This document shows, in pieces, positions 26,295 to 34,767 of a stretch of DNA of 34,767 nt. Numbering within the stretch: position 1 is the first letter of the stretch; each line of letters opens with the position of its first letter. This DNA is from Octopus bimaculoides (lineage: Eukaryota). The notes under the pieces were generated by a model. It was not told where the DNA came from. It made no database searches and saw nothing but the letters and a program-made list of their open reading frames with translations. The stretch covers positions 183,537 to 218,303 of the forward strand of contig NC_068999.1 of NCBI RefSeq assembly GCF_001194135.2, given 5' to 3'. The position numbers and the translations under genes were made by a program.

Positions 26295-26487
26295 TTGTTT
26301 AGCCCTGAGACTACCTTTGCCGCGTAGAAATATAATCAAAGATCCTAGCAGTTTATATCAACCAGGTTTTATGGTTTATTTTTATATTTTGTATAAGTAC
26401 TGTGCCTTATCTAAAATATCATCTACTTAAGAGAGTAGCGCATCATTTGACAGTAATCTGGCTACTATTTCCAGCAAGTTGAGCTAC
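26295..26487 (+). mobile_element. Interspersed repeat family C copy
   Basis: ttgtttagccc..atcaaagatcctagc..catttgacagtaatctggctactatttccagcaagttgagc, collinear with the 17824 copy. Confidence 0.5.
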
Positions 26488-28310
26488 TTCTTAAACACAC
26501 TTTTATTTGTTCTTTGCCTTCAGACATTCCTTGAAGATAGTCGTTCTCTTGACATAAGGCAGGTCCGCTATATTTGTCTAAAGGTTTTGCGACGCAATCA
26601 TCGTTTTCCGATAAAGCCGAGCTTCTAGTTTCACACACAACTCTCAAATACCTGCAACTTCATAACGTTTTATTGTTAGCAATTAAACAATATTCATAAA
26701 GTTCATATAACTCTAGACGTAAATTTAACTGGTTGTTTAAGTTATATAATAATTTATGGTTTAACGATCGTCATGGCAATGCATGGCTTCTGTATAGTAC
26801 GCATATATATATATATATATATACACGTATGTATGTGTGTATGCATAGCTGTACATTGTACGTGTGTGTATATGTATGCCTATGTGTATGCATATATATA
26901 TATTTATATAATATATAGTCGTAAAACAGGAGAAAAACTATATAATTGAGTGCTCTCTATCGATAAGTCGAGCGAATGTTGTTAATAAATAAGTTTTATT
27001 TAATATATGGACGTTAAAACGAAATGGGTTGCTTTTAAATGACCGTATGCATATACACACACAAATGCAAACATACACACACCCTTATATACATTTGCAC
27101 GCATATACTTTCACGCACCCACATTCAGAGAAATATACGAACGCAGGCAAGCCTACATACACAAATTTTCTCGTTCAATCTTACACATATACCTCATAAA
27201 TTCAATTTATTTCCATTTTGATACTGAGGTTTTCATGAATTATATGTGTCTGTGTGTGTATGTGTGTGTCTATAACGAAACACACCGGAACACACATGAT
27301 ATATACATGTACAGACAAACACACACATTTATATAAGAATACATTTATATGCGTATGTTTGATAAACATGTTTTCAACATAGCCTAAACCTTGTAATGTT
27401 TAAAGATCGTGTCGTCAAACCACAAACCTGTGTCTCTCTGTCTAGCAAAAAGCTTCTTGCCTTGTCAATATCTGCTTATTAGGACAGTCTTCATCCATAT
27501 TTAAGAGAGGCACAATAGGTTAGAACATAGGTTTTCAGTCCACGGTTGGAGTACTATGAGCGAGTACGTATGAGAAATCGCGGGATGCGTCATGTTTGTA
27601 GAAACCGGGAATTTTAAAGTATTTCCCGTTAACTGAACGTAACTCATGTTTATCTGAAATGCATGGAGTATCTTTCTAAACAAGTGTCTTCAATAATATC
27701 TTTTATCTTTTAGTTGCTCCAGTCAGTGGACTGCGGCCGAGTTAGGACACACCCCACAAAAACAGATATGCACACACATAAACACTCACCGTCACACATA
27801 CACGCACATATATACTCTTTACAAAAATGTATGTATGCATGTCTAAGCAATCGAAAGATAATTTGTTTATACTCTAGCCGGACCAAATATATTTGGCTTT
27901 CGAATTATTATCAATCGTAAAGTTTTTAAAAAATTGCTGATTCTCCGTAGAATTCATAAAACTGCTAACGTTCATCTCATCTTAGTAATATGTGAATAAT
28001 TTAAATAAGAGAGAAAAAGAACGAACAGAAAAGCAGCCTGAATCATTATTGTTGTTGTTGTTGCTGTTATCATTATCATCGTATCATCACTGATGTAGTA
28101 ATCACATAATCCTAGAAATGATATCTAAGATTTCATACAATTTTCGTCTCTACTGCTTATCCGATGTACTACACGGAAATTAAATGTAAAGTATTTATAC
28201 AACACACTTACTATTTCCCCCCACGCAAGCACGCACACACATACACGTGTATATATGTATGTATGTATGTATACATATAAAAGAATATATATAAAGCAAT
28301 ATATATATAA

Positions 28311-28597
28311 ATATATAATTTATATAAGGGCATTAACTATATAGTAATGCCTCACGCTCAGAGGGACTAAATAAGTCAAAAACTACAAAAAAATAAGCAA
28401 CATATTTACTGAAAGCGAGGAAATGCAGCTTTCAAAATTAATCTCTTAAAAAGAGATTTTAAGAGATTAATTTTGAAAGCTGCATTTCCTCGCTTTCGGT
28501 AAATATGTTGCTTATTTTTTGGTAGATTTTGACTTATTTAGTCCCCCTGAGCGTGAGGCATTACTATATAGTTAATGCCCTTATATAAATTATATAT
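28311..28597. repeat. Long palindrome / fold-back: 141-bp arms, 5-nt spacer
   Basis: Arms 28311-28451 and 28457-28597 checked manually: 4 mismatches (28362/28546, 28382/28526, 28387/28521, 28410/28498). Spacer agaga. TA-rich flanks. Confidence 0.97.
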
Positions 28598-29114
28598 ATT
28601 TATGGAAAAAAATGATGAGTTTTTTCATTATGAGGTTTTTTCACGCTGACTACTTGATAAATTCTTATAAAGATTTTATCCTATATTATATTATATATAA
28701 ATATATACATATATGTTTACATACACACACATATATATATACACACACACACATATACATGTATATAAATATATATGTATACGTATATATATGTATATAA
28801 CTTTTACTAAAAGAAGTCCCAAGCGCATAAATAATACGGCTTATGTCATTTATGCTGTACATTGAACAAATTGACTACGACTGAGGTACGCAATAAGACA
28901 AGGTGCTTAAACATCTGTCATAAAATGCCTGTTGTTTCACTAATGTCGTTGAGTGTTGGTCGTCAGAACATTGTGAACAGAGGCATGTCAATCGATAAAC
29001 GGTCCCTGATGAGTTTATAAGCGGATATCCTGTGCTATATGCAAGCGTCCGACAATGAGCAGCAGTTGTGGGTAGGTTTGTGCGTGTTATTATATATCTG
29101 TCATTCTTTAGACC

Positions 29115-29136
29115 TATCTATCTATCTATCTATCTA

Positions 29137-29203
<67 letters not shown>
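29115..29203. repeat. (CTAT)n then (CA)n
   Basis: Direct. Confidence 0.97.
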
Positions 29204-29206
<3 letters not shown>

Positions 29207-29361
29207 AAATATTGATGGAGCCATCCGTTAGTCACGTGAGACCACGGTTCCGAATCTGGAAAGTTTTGCCTCGGTCTTAGCTGGAAAAGCAGCGTGTGTT
29301 GCGAGCAAAGAGAGTCACATGTGTGAAAGTCGACTCGAAGAGGCTGTATATACGGACATAT

Positions 29362-29501
29362 ACTCCGAGTTTCGGATGTCAGGCCGGAAACCCACGCCGG
29401 CATCTCTTCAGTTATCGGGCCATCATAGCATTTTTTTCGATGGCCCGTTAACTGAAGAGATGCCGGCGTGGGTTTCCGTCCCGACATCCGAAACTCGGAG
29501 T
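29362..29501. repeat. 63-bp inverted repeat with 14-nt spacer
   Basis: Arms 29362-29424 and 29439-29501 checked base by base: 3 mismatches. Spacer atagcatttttttc. CpG-rich. It explains the shared peptide MSGRKPTPASLQL in opposite-strand ORFs of the track. Confidence 0.97.
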
Positions 29502-29519
29502 TTTATCATGGCTATCGAA
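29436..29519 (+). ncRNA. Type I hammerhead-ribozyme-like motif (Penelope-like/retrozyme type)
   Basis: CTGAAGA core at 29452-29458. Stem II GATG 29459-62 / CATC 29485-88, plus one extra C at 29489. GAAA at 29490-93. Minimal stem III C-TCGGA-G, then NUH triplet GTT at 29500-02. Stem I: 29503-07 pairs with 29447-51 (one T-T mismatch), then an internal loop, then 29510-19 pairs with 29436-45. Confidence 0.6.
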
Positions 29520-29559
29520 TAATTGTCACATATTATATTAAGATAAATCCCACTATTCA

Positions 29560-30650
29560 CATAATATCGAGGTCTCTTTCACATCAACACTCCTGTGTGT
29601 AGCGTTGTCCCGGCTGTTGGCCCATTTGGTGTATGAGGGAGTTTGACTACTCTGCCATCGTCTGTAGCTAATGCCGGACCGTTGGTTCATCCGGTATTGT
29701 AGAGAGGAGAATCTCTAGTTCCCTTCTGAAGACATTTACACCGACATTATGTAGGCTTCTTAATTTTTGTGGCAGGACATTGAAGGACTGTAGACCTTTG
29801 AACTAATGCAGTATCTGGTCCTTAATTTCGAAGGAGCTGAAAGATATATTTGGCACAATACAACGGCGTCAAGTTTGTATAACGCTCAATGACGAAATTA
29901 GTTACTAGCCCCTGTAGAATTCTAAATATGCAGATTATTACTTATCTGTCTCATCTTCACTCCAGGTAGTAAAGCCGTAGCTTTTTCAGTATCTACCTGT
30001 AGCTAATCTGCTGCATTGCTTCAATCTTTTGAGGACTTCTTCAGCTCCGCTTTCAGTTTGGCGCTCGGTGGTGAACATAGCTGAGAGCAGTAGTCCAGGC
30101 GGCTGAGAACAAAGGTCCTCCAGAGGGTCAACATTAGTTAGGACCTTGGTATCCATCCTAACAGTTGTCTGCGCATTGCTGCCATCTTGGTAATGTGCAT
30201 ATGAAATGACGGATCATTGTACATGCTGATCTCCAAGTGTCTCGCTGCTGTGCGTCTGGGATTGCAGCACCTTCAGGTCCTGTACATGCAGGATTGTGCA
30301 CTGCTTGAAATTTTCCCGCATTAAACTGCATGTTGTTTAAGTCAACCCGCTTGTATACTGCATTCAGGTCCTGCTATATAAATTGCAACGATATCTGCAT
30401 TTTTCATTGCCTGTCATAATCTTGTATCATCGGCGTAGCTAGTGAGAGTGGCTGTATGAGTGGACATGGGCATGTTTTAAGAGGGCTATCATAAACAATA
30501 ATGAATGAGGGACAGCTTCCTGGGGGGACGCCATTCAGAAATTGAGTTACCTCACAAAGGGCACCATTGTCTGCAACTGCCTGACTTCTGTCTTTAAGGA
30601 AGCCATGCAGCTACTCTCTCAGTTTACCAGCAATGCCAAGGTCTTGCAGC
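29560..30650 (-). mobile_element. 5'-truncated, decayed APE-type LINE (CR1/L2 group), RT domain to ORF2 C-terminus
   Basis: Minus-strand translations: LQDLGIAGKLRE*LHGFLKDRSQAV..NGVPPG / SLLFMIAL / TSYADDT (YADD at 30437-30426) / QDLNAVYK..NNMQFNAGKFQA / FKGLQSFNVLPQKLRSLHNVGVNVFRRELEILLSTIPDEP. Multiple stops and frameshifts. The 3' boundary is approximate. Confidence 0.9.
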
Positions 30651-30789
30651 TATGTATGTATATATGTATATATGTATGTATGTATATGTATGTGTAAAAT
30701 AGGAAGAGATTTTTATCAAAAGATTCAGTTATTTAATTTAATGGTTCATACATAAAAAAATGCCGGGCGTTAAATTTTGAATACATTAT

Positions 30790-30975
30790 TAGTGTTATCA
30801 TCATCATTGTCATCATCGACACCACCACCGTCGCTACTGCCACAGCCGCCGCCACCACCACCACCACCATCATCAAATTCATCCTCCTCGTTATTATCAT
30901 TGTTGTTGTTATTATTATTATTATCATTATTGTTATTATCCTTATTATCATTATTATTATTATTATTATTATTAT
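30790..30975. repeat. Compound CAT/CCA/TTA trinucleotide tract
   Basis: Direct. Confidence 0.9.
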
Positions 30976-31167
30976 TCGGAACAAACAACCGTAATCTTCT
31001 TTTGGACATAAAACAAATTAAGAATATAATGGATTACACTTAATGGTATCGATTAGTTGTTAGTTTTTAAAGCAACTTAGAATGAAAAAAAATTAACAAA
31101 CATAAAAAAAAATGCAAAACAAAACAAATCAATGTGAAACTAAAGAGAATTACTTTAAAAGAAAAGA

Positions 31168-31209
<42 letters not shown>

Positions 31210-31627
31210 TTTATACAATAGAAGCAATTGAAGTATATATATTATATTCATTGGAATGGTTTAAACGGATAAAAAGAATTATAGATCTGTGAGTCTGATT
31301 ACAATTTAACGGTGGTGTCTGTTTAGATAATTAAAATAGATTTATCCAGTAACTAACATTATTAAATTATTTCTATAAAAGGATTGTTGTGTTCATATAT
31401 ATAAAAATAACAAAACTAATAAATATATGTATAAGCTATTATCTTTTGCTGCGCATGTCAAATGAATTTTCCGCTTTTTTTTCCCTTTCAATTCACTTCA
31501 CAGACATAACTATAAATTTTTCATTCATCCTTTCCTTTGTTTTCCTTCCATTCTTCTTCTTTTACTCATGTATCTTTTTGTTTGTTTATCTGTTTGTGTT
31601 TGCTGTAATTCCTATTCGCCATGTTTG

Positions 31628-32458
31628 TTATCGTATTGAGCAATCGTTCGCCTCCGTCATCCTTTTCCTAAAAGCTGACAGGGCCTTGTCTTTAACATAT
31701 TTTGATATCACTTTATTTTGTATTTTCTCATAATCTAGCGTCATTTTCGACATTTTCACCATCAGCTTGTAATTTTCGAAAATCCTTTTCGAAATTTTAT
31801 CCATCTCTCGACATAGCTGAAAATATCTGTCGACATCTGCATTCCTAATAGCAAGTCCTCGGAGAAACCCATCAAGATGATTCGGAATAGAAGAACGATA
31901 CAAAGACTTGTGTAATTTGCGGTACAGGTTTCGGAATTCGATTTTCGTTTGGTTAAACATAACATCCATTTCAGTATAGAGATTAGTTATTCGTTTTTTC
32001 AATTCGTAATAATCATATGACATGTCGGATAATCTACTCATATTAATATCATGATTAAAATCTGTGATAATCGTCAGATCACAAAGATTATCTCCCTCCT
32101 GTGTTTTCCCTCCATTTTCTACGAACGAAGTAGGGTTCGCAATCTTAACATTATTACGTTCACAATCAACCTGAAAGCTTTTCACTTCTGATTCACGCGC
32201 TAAAATTTCGTTCGATACTGTAGAAATGGAATGTTCCAAATTTTGGTTTGATAGAGGAGAGAAATATTTTTGTTTATCGCTTGAAGAATCATTCTCTTCA
32301 ATTATATCCACTAATGGTTTTTCCCAATCATTTCTGTCCACTTCTGAAGAACCTAACCTGATAAAGCCGCAAAATCTTCTTGATTTCGTGTATTCTTTCT
32401 TCAATTTTGATAAAAGACTTTTATGTTTCTTTAAATTACCATGTTTTATAATGTTCAT
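31628..32458 (-). CDS. Intact single-exon-like ORF, 276 aa from first ATG (MNIIKHGNLKK...EANDCSIR), unknown function
   Basis: Stop-free for 286 codons (32488-31631) in non-repetitive AT-rich sequence. First ATG at 32458-32456 with A at -3 (aagATGa); TAA at 31630-31628. Basic N-terminus, S/N/D/E-rich middle, helical-looking C-terminal ~125 aa. No family motif recognised. The track's TTG start at 32470 is a bacterial-code artefact. Confidence 0.75.
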   Translation of the reverse strand: MNIIKHGNLKKHKSLLSKLKKEYTKSRRFCGFIRLGSSEVDRNDWEKPLVDIIEENDSSSDKQKYFSPLSNQNLEHSISTVSNEILARESEVKSFQVDCERNNVKIANPTSFVENGGKTQEGDNLCDLTIITDFNHDINMSRLSDMSYDYYELKKRITNLYTEMDVMFNQTKIEFRNLYRKLHKSLYRSSIPNHLDGFLRGLAIRNADVDRYFQLCREMDKISKRIFENYKLMVKMSKMTLDYEKIQNKVISKYVKDKALSAFRKRMTEANDCSIR

Positions 32459-33294
32459 CTTCCAACACAATTCTTCAGATTCTTCTGTTTACCTTTTGGA
32501 TCATTCTCACCGTATTCCCACCAATTCTATTAACAAACTTTCTGGTTTTTGACGTCACAAAAGTTAGATGACAAATTTAATCAGAGATTTCAACGTAGAC
32601 ATTGATTGAGAAGAAAAGCAAAGCTGAGGTTTTTCAAAACATTTATCTTTTATTTTCCCATTGAAGAAAACAACTCCATTCAACATCGTCGAACTCTTGT
32701 TGTTGTTGTTGTTTATTCCCAGATCAAACTAACTATAAGCAGATATTGAATCATAGACTCTTCTGTCATTACAATTAGATTTTCTTTGTTTTGTCATAGT
32801 TTATCTAGGCTCACATTATCCATTCTGTTCATCTATTTCTATGATAATGCTATAAGTTTCGCTACGGGTTATAGTATACAAAATTCTGTTGGTTGCAAGC
32901 TGGTTCTTCCTGCAGTTGTTTAGTTTCAAATCAGCTCTGAGTCAGAAGAGCTATACTTAAAAGCGTTCCATCCATGATAACATCATCTATTTTTTTTTAT
33001 AAGTCATAGAATGTATAGGACAATGTTATTTAACTTTCTTCCATTTTAAAAATATTGTAGATCGAGTAATACCATGGTGGATCATACGTTATTAGAACGA
33101 CAGGTGTTGCTGTTTAACTCTAGGTCAAGCCGGAGAAAGTAGAACGACGATGAAAAGGCTTTCCAACTGGGACCACACTGTTGTTTTTGTTTCTCAGATA
33201 CAGTGTTTAGAGGATTTTATCCAACGTCATTCATTTTAGTAATACTTTAGGATATAATTTTTGGAGAGATGGCTGCTATTTCAAGCAAGATGTG

Positions 33295-33575
33295 TAACCA
33301 TCGTCACCACCACAAGCGGCAACAACGTCGTCGACGTCATCATCATTATCGTCATCATCGTAATCGTCGTCATTGGCATCGACGTTGTTATTATCAGCGT
33401 CATCATCAACGTTGTCGTCCTTATCGTCATCGTCGTCATTGTCATCGACATCATTGTCATTGCCATCGTCATCATCAATATCGTCGACGTCGTCATCATC
33501 ATCATCCTTGTTGTTGCCATCATAATTATCATCGTTATTGCTGTCATTATCATGATCATCATCATCATCATCAGT
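33295..33575. repeat. Degenerate CAT/CGT/CAA trinucleotide tract
   Basis: Direct; produces five overlapping low-complexity ORFs. Confidence 0.92.
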
Positions 33576-34021
33576 AGCAGTATGTATCATTTGCCGTCAG
33601 TAGGTTACAAAATACCATGGGCCATTTCAAGTCAGAACATAAAGAGCCAAAAGTAATGCCAATAAGCATTTTGTCCAACGTGTTAGTCACTCTGTCAGCT
33701 CGTCGCCTTCATTAGTGTACGTTATGTGTTGTGGTATACTGCAATCTTTGCTTCATATGAGCCGGCGAAAGACTGTTTTGATTTTGTGACCTATGTAACT
33801 GCCGGAGTCGTGAAGTTTACAACTTTCACATTTACGATCAAACTTTTAACGCCTGTTGACCATTGGTGTTTACTATTGATAAAAAACTTTAAATATAGAA
33901 TATTTTTGTCGTGTATAATTAATGCTAATTTATGGTTTGGTATGATGCATTTTATGCCCAGTTTTATAGTTTTAATACATTCATCTATTTTATATTTAGG
34001 TATGTATTTGATAAACAACGC

Positions 34022-34218
34022 TTTCTAATTTTGGCACAAGACCAACAGTCGTAGGAAAGGGGCCAGTCGATTACAATTGGTACGTATTTTATCGACCCCA
34101 AAAGGATGAATGACAAAGTTGACTCAGGGTGGAATTTCGACGCAAAACGTAAGGATCCGGAAGAAATGCCATATAGCATTTTGTTCGAATGGCCATCAAT
34201 TTGGCCGGCTCACTACCT
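34022..34218 (-). mobile_element. Near full-length SINE family A
   Basis: ttttggcacaagacc..gtcgattac..tacgtattttatcgaccccaaaaggatgaatgacaaagttgac..ggaatttcga..agcattttgttcg..ggctcactacc, collinear with 12380-12575. Confidence 0.8.
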
Positions 34219-34767
34219 TCTTTGATAAACATAAAATGTCTTATGTGTCGTAGGTCTATTACAATAGGTACGGGATCTAGTAGAGGTGCTTTAATGTATT
34301 CTATTCTTAGAACAGCCGCTGTTCATGCTGTTTCATTCTATTTTATCTCTGTTTTATTCGCGATGTTAAACGTGGCTACAAAATTGCAACAAGGCATAAA
34401 TGCATTCAGTATATATCAGTAATGTGATCGATATACTTGTGTGATGGTTTATGCCGGATGACGTTGAGAAATTGAAAGAAGAATAAGACAAGTCAGTAGT
34501 AAAAGGCAACGTTCAGAACAGTGCATTATCACTCCTAACAATACGACGACTTTATATCCAAGCGTAAATACTGAGATAGAAAAGAACAAATGTAACGCAA
34601 CCGTTGACACCAAAGAAACAGATATACGTATATACTTATATGAAGACGGCGAATGTTCTCACAAATGCAAGATGTCACTGGAAACAAGAATATCCTTACT
34701 CAGAAGAGTATTTAGAACCGAATATGGCTAGCAGTTGTTGGATTACAACCGGGTCCTTATATATATA

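Noticed and set aside
26465-26647. 60-aa ORF and a strong + strand acceptor (ttctttgccttcAG, ending at 26523)
   Set aside because: Overlaps or abuts a family C repeat, frames close quickly, and there is no recognisable motif or convincing donor.
28311-28597. Possible CRISPR array or bacterial terminator interpretation of the repeats and hairpins
   Set aside because: No repeat-spacer periodicity anywhere in the window, and the context is eukaryotic.
29007-29055. CTGATGA, a possible second hammerhead core
   Set aside because: No stem II pairing and no GAAA downstream. The same applies to the CTGATGA near 10050 and other CTGAAGA matches.
29137-29522. Opposite-strand ORFs sharing MSGRKPTPASLQL
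   Set aside because: A consequence of the 63-bp inverted repeat, not of a gene duplication.
30733-31043. Poly-Asn/Gly/Asp and poly-Pro/Leu ORFs
   Set aside because: Compound trinucleotide microsatellite.
32226-32552. 108-aa and other short ORFs overlapping the 276-aa ORF (also 31389-31733, 31762-31965)
   Set aside because: Antisense or off-frame shadows of the minus-strand ORF plus T-rich flank.
33261-33656. Five overlapping ORFs (poly-His/Arg, poly-Asp, poly-Ile/Val, poly-Met) suggesting a metal-binding or acidic protein
   Set aside because: A degenerate CAT/CGT trinucleotide tract is stop-free in most frames by composition. There is no unique coding flank or splice support.

Overview
Eukaryotic, AT-rich, microsatellite-saturated genomic DNA from a gapped draft assembly with five N-runs. 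It is not prokaryotic: there are no operons, rRNA or CRISPR arrays. The SINE families and LINE remnants resemble my recollection of Octopus/cephalopod repeats, so the organism call is an inference and not a database result. Almost all ORFs in the supplied track are translations of simple repeats. Supportable content: (1) many tRNA-derived SINE copies; (2) three decayed pieces of restriction-like-endonuclease (R4/Dong-type) non-LTR retrotransposons and one decayed CR1/L2-group LINE RT; (3) one intact, non-repetitive 276-aa ORF of unknown function (minus strand, 31628-32458); (4) two candidate minus-strand exons with weak Mab-21/cGAS-like resemblance; (5) several structured elements. The structured elements are a type I hammerhead-ribozyme-like motif whose inverted partial copy ends at the predicted cleavage site (29362-29522), a 287-bp near-perfect palindrome with nested hairpins (28311-28597), and a 35-bp perfect palindrome (10877-10911).
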